Shown: in pieces, positions 8,489 through 18,112 of the stretch
Layout: each line of letters starts with the position of its first letter
Numbering within the stretch: position 1 is the stretch's first letter
IMG/VR virus record: IMGVR_UViG_3300033487_000021
Location: 1 to 38,830 of that record
Strand: one strand, 5' to 3'
DNA: 38,830 nucleotides
Origin: a virus
Lineage: Duplodnaviria > Caudoviricetes
Notes under the pieces: generated by a model
The model's input: only the letters and a program-made list of their open reading frames with translations
Databases searched by the model: none
Told to the model about the DNA's origin: nothing
Translations under genes and position numbers: made by a program

Positions 8489-9965
8489 AGAAATGAAGCT
8501 CGCCGACTTCCCCGGCTTGGGTCTCGACACGGACCCGGTCAACCCGTCGGCTCACGATGCCCAGAACGTGGACCTGTGGCTCGCTGGCGAACTCGACAAG
8601 CGCAGTGGGTATCGTCGGGCCAACCATCTTCAGTTCGGCCAAGCCGTTGTCGCCATCCCGGACTGCCAAAGGGTGTGCGACTACCGGAGACTGCTGGTCA
8701 TCGGCGGATACCTCTTGGACCCGGTGCCCGTACCCGGTCCCCTGCCTGTACCCGCCCCCATCGACGAAGAGACCGACGACGATTTCTGGGACGTTAACTG
8801 GCCTCCGATGGCCCTCTTCTCGGCATCCGAAACCTCATTCTCGGTGCCGGTGATAGGCGATTCCCACGACATCGAATTCGATGCCTCCGAGTCGTATGAC
8901 CCGGATGGTTTCGTCGTGAGTTGGGCGTGGGACTTCGGCGATGGCGGTACGGGTTCTGGCGAGATTGTCACGCACACTTTCATCGTGGACGATCTCACAA
9001 AGACCTGGACTGTCACGCTGACCGTTACCGACAACGAGGGCAAAACCACATCGCATACATTGTCCGTGGATGCTCAGACTCTCGACCCTTGGGTTCTGGA
9101 TGTTGACCTCGGCGGCGCATACACTAGTCTCAGAGACATAATTGAACATTCCGGGACCATCTATGTCTTGGACGGTCCGACCAAGAGACTGTTGAGCCGC
9201 GTGGGTCCGAATAATTGGCCCATCATCGCCACGGCTCCCAGGAATGTGGATTCCGGAAACTACTGCTGGTTGATATCGTTCGGCGGTAGTTTGTACATGC
9301 AAACGCAGCACACCTTGGTCCAACTCAGTCGAGTGTACAAACTTGTTGCCGGCGCGTGGGTCTTGGACTACTCCGCCTCCAGTACATATGCTACGATGTT
9401 CATTCTTGGCACAAGGCTTTTCCTGCACGAAGGAACGGGTGCCGGAGGGAACTTCTGGTACGAGAGTAAACTTTCCGGTGGCGTGTGGGGTAGTTTCAAT
9501 TCCCTGGCATCTAGCGATGGCGAAAGAATAACCCGGTTCACCTGGGATGGTGGAGTCCACACCGCTCGATCCAGGTTCTCTGCTGTGGGCACGGTTCTCT
9601 CCCGTACAGCAAGTGGCGGGAATAACCCGTCCACCAGCGGCAAGCTCGGACTGTTTCAGAACAGGTTGTGGGGTGCCGGAGTTGGGAGCACGATCAGATA
9701 CAGAGTCAATACGGCGGCGGCCTGGGTTGATGTCGCCACTGGACTGTCCATCAATCTTACCAGCGACTTTGAAGGCACGGCCAGCGACCTGTACTTCGTG
9801 GCCAGGAAAACAACCGGGGCATACGCCATCTACCGATATGACGGGACTTCGTTCTTCGAGGAACATGTGTTCGCAGCCTTAGAGGTCCCGGTTTATATCG
9901 AGGCGACCAGCACCTACATCTTCCTGTCCACAAACACTGGGAAGATATACAGGAGGCCGATCTAA
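8478..9965 (+). CDS. Virion protein: nozzle-like N-terminus + PKD domain + probable beta-propeller (adhesin)
   Basis: N-terminal GLDTDP..AQNV..GELDKRSGY; Pro/acidic linker; classic PKD FDASESYDPDG..WAWDFGDG..VTHTF..VTLTVTDNEG (~8799-9077); repeated blade-like units to C-terminal GKIYR. Confidence 0.75.
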   Translation: MSFEEMKLADFPGLGLDTDPVNPSAHDAQNVDLWLAGELDKRSGYRRANHLQFGQAVVAIPDCQRVCDYRRLLVIGGYLLDPVPVPGPLPVPAPIDEETDDDFWDVNWPPMALFSASETSFSVPVIGDSHDIEFDASESYDPDGFVVSWAWDFGDGGTGSGEIVTHTFIVDDLTKTWTVTLTVTDNEGKTTSHTLSVDAQTLDPWVLDVDLGGAYTSLRDIIEHSGTIYVLDGPTKRLLSRVGPNNWPIIATAPRNVDSGNYCWLISFGGSLYMQTQHTLVQLSRVYKLVAGAWVLDYSASSTYATMFILGTRLFLHEGTGAGGNFWYESKLSGGVWGSFNSLASSDGERITRFTWDGGVHTARSRFSAVGTVLSRTASGGNNPSTSGKLGLFQNRLWGAGVGSTIRYRVNTAAAWVDVATGLSINLTSDFEGTASDLYFVARKTTGAYAIYRYDGTSFFEEHVFAALEVPVYIEATSTYIFLSTNTGKIYRRPI

Positions 9966-12013
9966 TGGCGGTCATCGACACCTTCCAGTTCACGAACCTG
10001 CTGGTCAACTACGCCACGCTGAATGGCAAGGTGGTGTTGACCAACGGTCTGGAGGCCATGAAGAAGTACAATCCCGTTACCAGGGCGGTCGTCCCGCTCG
10101 TTCTCCGTCCGTTCCGCCAGGACATCGCGTTGGCCGCGGGCGGGGCCGGGAACTTGACCGGCCACTACGTCTACCGGATCGTGCCGTACAACGAGAACGA
10201 GGACGAAGAGGGCGAGTCCTACCCGGACGACGAGACCGTGGCCGCGTTCGAGATCGACTTGGCCACCCAGTCGTGCAACATCAACCTCGCGGCACTGGTC
10301 GCTGACGATGCCGAGGTAACGCATGTCCGCATCTACCGGACACTTGCCGATGGTTCCTGGCCAGTCATGTTCCGGATTGCCACGGTGGCGTTGCCAGCCG
10401 GCGTCTACAACGACAACCTGATCGACGACGATCTTGGCGACGACGAGGAAGGTCTGGATGTGGCCATCCAGGTGCCCACACCCAAACCCTTCCTGTGCGT
10501 CCACAAGAGTCGCATGTTTGCCTGGGGGGACATCCCCTACGAGACCGGCGAGGCTCACGTGACCAACGGCAGTCCGAACGTGACCGCGGTTGGCACTGCC
10601 ATCTTCGGATTCCACCTGATCGGCAAGGAGTTCCACGCCGAAGGCGATGGTCGTGCTTACATGATCGACGGATACAACCCGGCCACGGGCGCACTGATCC
10701 TGCGAGACAACTACGACGGCATCACCAGGGACACGGAGTACCGAATCTGCGGCGATGCCGACACGTTGATCTGGACGGACCCGTTCCGTGAACACACCTG
10801 GGCGGCGAACAACAACCTACCGATCAACAAGAAAGAGGATGACAAGCCGGCTGGGATGGCACCCCAAGGTCGCAGATTGGTCTTGGCCAAGAGTAAGCGG
10901 ACCTACGCGCTCTACTACGGCAACGACCCGTCGTACCAGTTCAGCGAAGTCGCAACCCTTTCGCTGGAACACGGGTGCGTCAGTCACCGGACCATGCGGG
11001 TGATCAACGGAACGATGCACTGGCTGAGCCGCAATGGCATCGTGGCCGCGCCACCGGAGGGCTCGGTACAACTCGTTTCCGGACCAACTGGCACCTGGAT
11101 CAAGGACAACTTGACACTGGACGAGACCGGGGACCGCCAGATGGCCTGCGCCCAACCATTCAAGGTGCGCGGCCAGTACATCTGCTTCTTCCCGGGTCCG
11201 GACAGCGTCTTGGGTTGCGAACTGGCGATAGTCTACCACACGTTGACCGGCAAGTGGTCCTGGTATCGTTTCCTGACCGAGTTCACTTGTGCCGAACTGG
11301 TGCAGGACTCGGACGGCAACGAGGCCATCGTCCTGGGAGACCGTTGGGGGTACGTCTGGGAGTACCCGTTCGGGGACATCGACGGTGCCCCGGTCGGCTC
11401 TACACTCGCTGGCAACGTGGACAGTTACCACATCGAATCCTCTCCGGGTTGCTGGCTGGAAGACTTGGATGCCCACTTCCCGACCGTCGGGTTGGGACTC
11501 GCCGGGGTGCCCATCTACATCTACGAGGGCACCGGGGCTGGCCAGTACGGCATCGTCGGTGGTAACAGCGAGACGATGATCTGGCTGATGGAGTGTTTCG
11601 ACATCCCGCTGGACACCACCAGTCGGTACTACCTGGGGCCGATCATCGCCGACTACAAGAGCGGCTGGCACGACTTCGGGGCCATCGACCGGGCCAAGCG
11701 GCTGATGTACGCCAACTTGGTGTTCGAGCAGAACGACAGCGACCTACGGTTCGAGGTCTACGGCGACTTCGACGAGGACCCGGAGGACCTGACCGACCGG
11801 AATCCGCGCGTTGCCACGGCAGACCGGGAAGACTACTCCATCGTGGAGATGAACGGCGACGACGAGGATTCCGAGCACCCGCGCGGTCGCAAGCGAGTGA
11901 AACTGGGCGGCATCCGCAAGACCCACTTCGCATGGGAGGTACTGGACTACAAGCCGAACAACCCCTGGAAGCTCTACGATCTCAGTCTTGATGTGGAGTT
12001 CAAGGAGAACTGA
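9965..12013 (+). CDS. Tail nozzle / DNA stabilisation protein body (P22 gp10-like beta-propeller)
   Basis: 682 aa, acidic, beta-rich; VVLTNG, VHKSRMFAWG, EHGCVSHRT, MHWLSRNGI, VYHTLTGKWS, YKSGWHDFG..KRL are nozzle-type segments. Confidence 0.7.
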   Translation: MAVIDTFQFTNLLVNYATLNGKVVLTNGLEAMKKYNPVTRAVVPLVLRPFRQDIALAAGGAGNLTGHYVYRIVPYNENEDEEGESYPDDETVAAFEIDLATQSCNINLAALVADDAEVTHVRIYRTLADGSWPVMFRIATVALPAGVYNDNLIDDDLGDDEEGLDVAIQVPTPKPFLCVHKSRMFAWGDIPYETGEAHVTNGSPNVTAVGTAIFGFHLIGKEFHAEGDGRAYMIDGYNPATGALILRDNYDGITRDTEYRICGDADTLIWTDPFREHTWAANNNLPINKKEDDKPAGMAPQGRRLVLAKSKRTYALYYGNDPSYQFSEVATLSLEHGCVSHRTMRVINGTMHWLSRNGIVAAPPEGSVQLVSGPTGTWIKDNLTLDETGDRQMACAQPFKVRGQYICFFPGPDSVLGCELAIVYHTLTGKWSWYRFLTEFTCAELVQDSDGNEAIVLGDRWGYVWEYPFGDIDGAPVGSTLAGNVDSYHIESSPGCWLEDLDAHFPTVGLGLAGVPIYIYEGTGAGQYGIVGGNSETMIWLMECFDIPLDTTSRYYLGPIIADYKSGWHDFGAIDRAKRLMYANLVFEQNDSDLRFEVYGDFDEDPEDLTDRNPRVATADREDYSIVEMNGDDEDSEHPRGRKRVKLGGIRKTHFAWEVLDYKPNNPWKLYDLSLDVEFKEN

Positions 12014-12021
12014 CCTTGGAC

Positions 12022-12798
12022 ATGCAGCGGTCCACCTACACAATCGAAGCGATGGTCCGCGCCCTTGCCGGCGAGCCGTTGTTCGGTTCCGTGGACTGCG
12101 CCCTGCGACTCTACGATCCGCACACTCAGGAATGCCTGGACTTCGACGAACTGGCCGCGGCTATCGGCGGAGTCCCGGCTGCCCACCATCTGACACACGA
12201 GGATGGCGGCGCGGACGAAATCAACGTGGAGGGGCTCAGCGGCCAACTTGCGGACCCGCAGATTCCGGCCATGACCCAACTCCTAGAGACTGCCTACCAC
12301 TGGGACACTTCCGATCATTCCCCTCAACGCGGCGACATGATCTACGCTCGCACGACTCCGTTCGGAGTCAGATGGGGCGACTTGCCCGGTGGTGTTGCCA
12401 ACGCCCTCAGGGTGTTGCACGTATCGGCGGGAGGACTCCCCGAGTGGGTACTGGTCCTGGCTGGGTTGACATCGGTAAGCGCCACGGACCTGTTCGCCAC
12501 ATCGCTGGTCGGGACCAGACTGGTCCGCTCCGGTGCGGGCGGGGAGTTGGAGTCGCTGGCCGCTGCTGATGCTGTCGGGTATCTCTACAACGACGGTGCC
12601 GGTAACCTGTCCTGGGAGCCGGCGGGCGGCGTTGCCGAACACCTGTTGTGGGACCCCATGATACACGTTGACGAGTGTTGGAACGGTGGCATCCCGATCA
12701 TGCCGGAAGATGGCGACATACTGATCTACCGTGGCGCGTCCCCTGGTTGCTGGACGCTGGAGAAACAGACATCGTACTTCCCTGGAGGGTGGTCATGA
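12022..12798 (+). CDS. Tail/fibre-associated protein
   Basis: HHLTHEDGGADEI and GYLYNDGAGNLSW fibre-type motifs; start TTG12016 or ATG12022. Confidence 0.6.
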   Translation: MQRSTYTIEAMVRALAGEPLFGSVDCALRLYDPHTQECLDFDELAAAIGGVPAAHHLTHEDGGADEINVEGLSGQLADPQIPAMTQLLETAYHWDTSDHSPQRGDMIYARTTPFGVRWGDLPGGVANALRVLHVSAGGLPEWVLVLAGLTSVSATDLFATSLVGTRLVRSGAGGELESLAAADAVGYLYNDGAGNLSWEPAGGVAEHLLWDPMIHVDECWNGGIPIMPEDGDILIYRGASPGCWTLEKQTSYFPGGWS

Positions 12799-13136
12799 AC
12801 GCTCGCAAGCTCTCGCTGTGGTACAAGGCCATCGCCGACGCGGAGGACGCGCTTGCCGCGATGCCCAAGGACAAGAGCGAGATTGACCCCGGGACGCCGG
12901 TGGACGTTGACCAAGCCTACCGCGATGCCGTGGTCACTGCCAGGAACACCGTCTTGGCCGGCAGCGGCGAGAAGGCCGAGCTGCTCGGGACGCTCTCCAC
13001 GCCTCCGACCGCTGACGCGAAAGCGTTGACTGACGCTGGTCTGGAGGGCAAGGAGAACGACGAACTACTCGCCAAGGCCGCGGAACTTCGTGCGACGGCG
13101 CTTGCCATCGTGGTTCCGGCGGTGGTGAAGGGCTAG
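12795..13136 (+). CDS. Hypothetical helical protein (possible tail assembly chaperone)
   Basis: 113 aa from ATG12795, ATGA overlap with upstream stop, GGAGG RBS. Confidence 0.65.
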   Translation: MNARKLSLWYKAIADAEDALAAMPKDKSEIDPGTPVDVDQAYRDAVVTARNTVLAGSGEKAELLGTLSTPPTADAKALTDAGLEGKENDELLAKAAELRATALAIVVPAVVKG

Positions 13137-13139
13137 ACG

Positions 13140-15044
13140 ATGTACGCTGCCTGGGCTGCGCCGACCGTCAGTGATGCGACGAAACTGGAATTGGTACCGT
13201 GGTGGCATCCAGCTACCGGTGCCCGGATGGCGAACAATGCCGGTCTCTATCGGCTCAAGTACGTGTTGGTGTATTCTACGGATTGGGCAGATGCTGCTGG
13301 CTGGACCGAGGTAGACGGTGGTGGCAACGTCAGTCTGGCCGGAGGAGTCTGGAGTTTCAACGGTGACGGGGCCAGCTACACGACCAACGGTATCTATAAG
13401 ACGGACGGGATCACCCGCATCGAGGGATTCATAGAGGTAAAACACAAGGGACACAACAAGGCGGCTAGCACTCTGTTCCAGGCCAATGTCAACTCGGCAG
13501 CCGCTTTAGCTAACACGTGGCAGAAGAGCTGGTCGCCGCTGATTAACGCGCGGGTAAGCTGTTACCACAACGCGGAGATTGGCCGTGTGGCCGTGGTCGA
13601 TGGAACTTGGTACACCCTGCGCACATATTTCTCGAATCCGACCGCGGACGGGTTGTGGTGCCAGGTCATGTTCACGATAGAGGGGGGTGCCTATACCATT
13701 GAGACCTTCGTGGCCCAAGCCTTCATCTATGCTACCGGGGGACTTCCCGACCCGTTCTATCCCAAGTTCAACAGGTACACCAACGACGCAGCAGAACCGA
13801 ATGAGATCAAAGAATTCCGTTGGTACGGTGGATTCTCCGCCGCCGGTCCCACCCTCACCTACGTCCACGACTGCGGCGCGGATCGCGCGTACTCCGACAT
13901 CGTTCTGACCAACATCGCGGCGGTAGGTGGATGGGACACTACCAACGTCACGTTCGCGTGGTCCTGCGACGACGGGGTTGCCGCCTACACCGCCGAGCAC
14001 ACGCTCGCGCAGATGCAGGCGCACGGCGCGCTCACCGAGTCCCACCGCTACTTCCGCCTGCGCATCACGGTCAACTCCGACGGCGCGACCCAGCAGTACG
14101 CGGGGGAGATGAACGCCAGCGACCTCGTTTCCGCGATCATCAACACCGCCGAGGTCTGGCCGTCCGAGGACGATGTACGGGACGGGGTGGATTTCGGGCC
14201 GACCGGTGCGGACTACACGGGCAATGCGACCTTCCCGGCAGAGGGCGACGTTCAGAGCGGGGTCCAGTACGGCACAGACGGGACGGAGTACACCGGCACC
14301 TTCACCGAGCCGGGCGTGGCAAACGTGGAGTTGGGGGTGCAGTACGGTGCCGGCGGGGTGGAGTTCACAGGGACGTTCGTAGTCCCGTCCGAGGACGACG
14401 TAGAGTTGGGTGTAGACTACGGGGCAGCCGCCGAATTCACCGGCAACTTCGAGGCACCGCCGACGGGCGATGTGCGCAACTTGGTCGGTTACGGTTCCGG
14501 TGGAGTCGAGTTTGTCGGTACGTTCGTGGTCCCGGCCGAAGGCGATGTGGAGTTCGGGGTCGGGTACGGGGCTGCGGGCGTCGAGTTCACGGGAGCCTTT
14601 GTCGTCCCGGCTGAAGGTGATGTCGAGGCCGGAGTCACCTATGGCGCTGCCGCAGAGTTCACCGGCACATTCGTAGTGCCCTCAGAGGACGATGTAGAGT
14701 TCGGGGTCAATTACGGGAACGCAGCCGAGTTTACGGGCAACTTCGTGGTGCCCATCGAGGCGACCGTCCAGTTGGGAGTGACCTACGGCGCTGGCGGCGT
14801 TGAGTTCACCGGCACACTGGTCGGCGGCGGTGGATGGGACCCGGACGAGGTTGACGGCATCGACACCGGACTTACCGCCCGTCAAGCCCTTCGGTTGATG
14901 GTTGCGGTACTCTGCGGCAAGACCACCGTGGTTCCGGGTACTCCGGGCCACGCCATCTTCCGGGATACCGCCGATACCAGAGATAGAGTTGACGCTACCA
15001 TGGTTGGTAGCGAGCGAGTGGATGTGGACTACGATAAGAGTTAG
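13140..15044 (+). CDS. Tail fibre/appendage protein with nine 24-25 aa tandem repeats
   Basis: N-terminal Trp/Thr-rich beta domains, repeat stalk, C-terminal TARQALRL..GK..FRD..D..DRV.AT module seen in phage tail proteins. Confidence 0.7.
   Translation: MYAAWAAPTVSDATKLELVPWWHPATGARMANNAGLYRLKYVLVYSTDWADAAGWTEVDGGGNVSLAGGVWSFNGDGASYTTNGIYKTDGITRIEGFIEVKHKGHNKAASTLFQANVNSAAALANTWQKSWSPLINARVSCYHNAEIGRVAVVDGTWYTLRTYFSNPTADGLWCQVMFTIEGGAYTIETFVAQAFIYATGGLPDPFYPKFNRYTNDAAEPNEIKEFRWYGGFSAAGPTLTYVHDCGADRAYSDIVLTNIAAVGGWDTTNVTFAWSCDDGVAAYTAEHTLAQMQAHGALTESHRYFRLRITVNSDGATQQYAGEMNASDLVSAIINTAEVWPSEDDVRDGVDFGPTGADYTGNATFPAEGDVQSGVQYGTDGTEYTGTFTEPGVANVELGVQYGAGGVEFTGTFVVPSEDDVELGVDYGAAAEFTGNFEAPPTGDVRNLVGYGSGGVEFVGTFVVPAEGDVEFGVGYGAAGVEFTGAFVVPAEGDVEAGVTYGAAAEFTGTFVVPSEDDVEFGVNYGNAAEFTGNFVVPIEATVQLGVTYGAGGVEFTGTLVGGGGWDPDEVDGIDTGLTARQALRLMVAVLCGKTTVVPGTPGHAIFRDTADTRDRVDATMVGSERVDVDYDKS
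14160..14822 (+). repeat. Nine degenerate 72-75 bp coding repeats, consensus P.E.DV..GV.YG..G.EFTG.FVV
   Basis: Counted directly in the translation from PSEDDVRDG to EFTGTLV. Confidence 0.92.
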
Positions 15045-15054
15045 GGAGGATGCC

Positions 15055-15276
15055 ATGTCACTGACGCCCCCGCAGGTTCAGAAGATTCTGGAGTCCATCG
15101 GTGGTCGCTGCGGTCTGCCAGCAAAGTTCAATGGTGACCGCCTTGCGGCCTTCAACTACGGGCTGGCCGAGGCCGTGCGGCAGTTGGTCCCGATGGTCAC
15201 ACTCGACCCTCTGCCAACGACCACCACTCCGGTCGATCCACCCCTGGAGACACCAGAGGAACCTCCGAAGGAGTAG
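15055..15276 (+). CDS. Small hypothetical protein
   Basis: 73 aa from ATG15055 with GGAGG RBS; Pro/Thr-rich tail. Confidence 0.65.
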   Translation: MSLTPPQVQKILESIGGRCGLPAKFNGDRLAAFNYGLAEAVRQLVPMVTLDPLPTTTTPVDPPLETPEEPPKE

Positions 15277-15279
15277 CCC

Positions 15280-15930
15280 ATGCCCGTCACGGTAGGTCCC
15301 GGAGTCCCGCTCTGCCTCGGCGTGGTTGACGCCGCGCCATACGCCCAGGGTTGCATCCTGGTGCGGTGGTACGAGGCATGCGCAGATGGCGTTCCAATCT
15401 GGCGGTACGACTTCCACGTGAAGCGCGCCGTGGATGGCATTCTCACCTTGGGCGAAATCAACGCCGGGACCTACTTCTCCAGGAGTCTTCGTGCTTTCGA
15501 GGTCAATGGTTGCGTTGCCGGAAGTCCGTGCGTCGGTTCCCCGTGTCCGGTCGGACCGGGCATCTTGTCGGCCGCGCTGGCCTTCGAGGCCCCCGGTTCG
15601 ATCAGCCCGCCGGTTGCAGACGGTGACGAGAACTCGCACCTGTTCTCCAGCCAGCAGTACTACCTTGCCGTTCGGGCGCTTGCGCTCGATCCGGTGACCA
15701 ACATCGTCTACGAGGACCAGAACGACGAAGTCATCCTGTCGTACTCCAGCGGCTATCAGGGCGTGGTCTGGCATCACATCCTGACTTGGCCGTGTCTGGA
15801 GCTTTGCGACGGGCAGAGCATTGCAATTTCGTCCATCCCCGAGATACAATTCGCCGACGACGCGGAACTGGACATGCGGATCGTCGCTTGGCCGGAACTC
15901 GGGGTCCACATGCACCGCAGGGGAGGCTGA
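15280..15930 (+). CDS. Cys-rich beta-sandwich (fibronectin type III-like) virion protein
   Basis: ILVRW..YDFHV..YYLAVRAL pattern resembles FN3 strands; 8 Cys in 216 aa; AAGGAG RBS. Confidence 0.55.
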   Translation: MPVTVGPGVPLCLGVVDAAPYAQGCILVRWYEACADGVPIWRYDFHVKRAVDGILTLGEINAGTYFSRSLRAFEVNGCVAGSPCVGSPCPVGPGILSAALAFEAPGSISPPVADGDENSHLFSSQQYYLAVRALALDPVTNIVYEDQNDEVILSYSSGYQGVVWHHILTWPCLELCDGQSIAISSIPEIQFADDAELDMRIVAWPELGVHMHRRGG

Positions 15931-15932
15931 TC

Positions 15933-16760
15933 ATGGGTACTGCCTACGTTGACATGAGCAAGTACTTCCAGAACACCGTGGCCAACCCTGGCTACCGGGT
16001 GCTCATGGACCCGCGCACGGGCGAGTTGATCACCCAGAAGCGCACCGGGGCGACCGGGCTGCTCTACATGAACACGCCCAACTTCGACCCGGGGTCGTTC
16101 TACGGCAGTACCTTTGCCAAGGCATATGGTCTTCCCACCACCGGTCCCGGTGGCGAGGCCCTGTTCAACGTCCGCGACTGGAACTCGGTGGTCTCCAACG
16201 TCCAGAAGACGTTCGGCGTGGACTTCATGAGTTTCCTGTCGGCCGATCCCACCAAGCGGGAGCAACTCTACTCCAAGAACCAGGGCACCGGATACGATTC
16301 TAAAACCGGTCTGGATGCCCTGTTCGACCCCAAGACCGGTCTACCCAACCGACCGCCGAGGAATGCCATGGAGGCCCTCCAGTTCCAGTTCCGGGCCGAC
16401 CAGGAGACCAGACGTCTCAACCAGGGGCTACTGAACAACGCTATCGCCACTCTGCGATACGGGTTGGGCGGGGTCAACCGCGGCGGACCGTTCTCGACCT
16501 ACGGGATGATGTCGCCTCTGCTGGGGCAGATGTCCAGCACCTACATGAACTCCCAATACGACTCTCCGGACTACAGTTACTTCCTGCGTCCGGACGTTCC
16601 GGGATACGGTAGCGACGGCGGATACGGCAGCGGTGGACCGATTCCGACCATTCCGTCAGTCCCCGGGCTCAAGGGCGTGTACAATGCGCCGACCCCGAGT
16701 GTCCCGCCGGCCATGCAGGCGTCAAGGATACCGGGGATGATCAGCCCGGCCAACTTCTAG
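15933..16760 (+). CDS. Putative ejection/internal virion protein 1
   Basis: 275 aa from ATG15933 (GGAGG RBS), G/P/M-rich; first of a small-medium-large trio typical of podovirus ejectosomes. Confidence 0.55.
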   Translation: MGTAYVDMSKYFQNTVANPGYRVLMDPRTGELITQKRTGATGLLYMNTPNFDPGSFYGSTFAKAYGLPTTGPGGEALFNVRDWNSVVSNVQKTFGVDFMSFLSADPTKREQLYSKNQGTGYDSKTGLDALFDPKTGLPNRPPRNAMEALQFQFRADQETRRLNQGLLNNAIATLRYGLGGVNRGGPFSTYGMMSPLLGQMSSTYMNSQYDSPDYSYFLRPDVPGYGSDGGYGSGGPIPTIPSVPGLKGVYNAPTPSVPPAMQASRIPGMISPANF

Positions 16761-16770
16761 GGGGTGACAG

Positions 16771-18111
16771 ATGCCTCTGAGAATCGGTGGCGGCGACTGG
16801 AGAAGCTGGTCCGACGTAGCCCACACGCTAGTCACCGAGCGCCAGAACGCCCAGCAACTCGCCATCCAGGCCCGCGAGTCCCAGGTCCGTGCCTACTTGG
16901 GCAAAATGGGTCTGGAGCAGTCCCGCGAGCAGTTCCAGCAGAACATGCAGATGCGCCAGGACGAACTGGCCGAGCGGTACTACCAGGACGAGTTGCAGAA
17001 CAGCATGGCCAAGATTCAACAGGAACGTCTTGGCGAGGAAAGCGATCTGCGCTGGCTGGACAAACAGGTGGAGTGGGGTGTCAGGTACGGGGTCTACTAC
17101 GACGAGACCACCAACGAGGTCAAGTTGGCCCCGGAAGGTCACCCGTTCCGCGCCGCCCACGAAGCCTACGTCGCCGCCAAGAAGGACACCAACAGCCAGG
17201 GCGTCGAGTTGAACCGGAAGATGGGCCGGCTCTGGACCGAGATCAGCACGGACCGCCGCACCGTGACCACTCTGAACAAGAAGATTTCCCAGGCGGATGC
17301 CAACAACGCCCTGCTTGGGCAGAACGCGCCGCCAGAGATGAAGACCGACACGACCGAGATGGCCAAGGAGCGCGATGCCGCACTTGGCCGGCTCAAGATC
17401 AACGAGCCGATGTACCACAAGTACTACCAGCAGTACTTCGGCGAGTACATGCCCGAGAAGAACGAGCAGGACCTGGACCCCATGGGCACGGCGACTGGCA
17501 AGCCGACCACTCCGCCGGCTCCCAGGGGCATGCCCCAGCCGTTGCCCGCCGCCGGGGAGATCGCGGCTCCTGAGGCATCTGGTGCGGTCCCAGGGCCATC
17601 CCAGCCGGCAGTCCCGCCCCAGCAGGAGGGCTTCCTGTCCAGACTCGGCAGCGAGTTCAAGGCCACCGCCGAGAACCCCCAGTTGCAGGACGCCGCCGCC
17701 TGGATTGTCGGAAAGACCGCGGGCGCAGCCGGTTACATCGCTGGCGAACCAGGGTCTTCGGAGCACGAGGCCACCGAGTCCGGGGTCATGACCGGTCTGA
17801 CGGGCATGGGGTTGGCTGCCCGCAAGATGCTGGGGATGGACAAGCCATCCTACACAGCCAGTGACCTGAGCGAAGCCATGGCCCCGGACATCTACATCGA
17901 CAACAAGCCCTACTTCGTCAAGCCGGGCAATCGGGCCAAGCTGGCTCGCGACCTACAGGGCCTGAAAGACAGGATGGACAAGGCGATTGCGGCGAAGAAT
18001 TGGGCGCTGGTTAGAGAGTTGAACGAGCGCCGCCGCAACTACCTGTTGCAGAATCTTGACATGATGACTCAAGAACCTCCATCTCAGGCGGGATGGCAGA
18101 AGAGAGGCTGA
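16771..18111 (+). CDS. Putative ejection/internal virion protein 2
   Basis: 446 aa, Q/E-rich helical N-terminus, Pro-rich linker; synteny. Confidence 0.58.
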   Translation: MPLRIGGGDWRSWSDVAHTLVTERQNAQQLAIQARESQVRAYLGKMGLEQSREQFQQNMQMRQDELAERYYQDELQNSMAKIQQERLGEESDLRWLDKQVEWGVRYGVYYDETTNEVKLAPEGHPFRAAHEAYVAAKKDTNSQGVELNRKMGRLWTEISTDRRTVTTLNKKISQADANNALLGQNAPPEMKTDTTEMAKERDAALGRLKINEPMYHKYYQQYFGEYMPEKNEQDLDPMGTATGKPTTPPAPRGMPQPLPAAGEIAAPEASGAVPGPSQPAVPPQQEGFLSRLGSEFKATAENPQLQDAAAWIVGKTAGAAGYIAGEPGSSEHEATESGVMTGLTGMGLAARKMLGMDKPSYTASDLSEAMAPDIYIDNKPYFVKPGNRAKLARDLQGLKDRMDKAIAAKNWALVRELNERRRNYLLQNLDMMTQEPPSQAGWQKRG

Positions 18112-18112
18112 C

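Noticed and set aside
14160-14822. CRISPR array or DGR repeat
   Set aside because: The repeats are degenerate, in frame and conserved at protein level with no spacers; no reverse transcriptase is in the window
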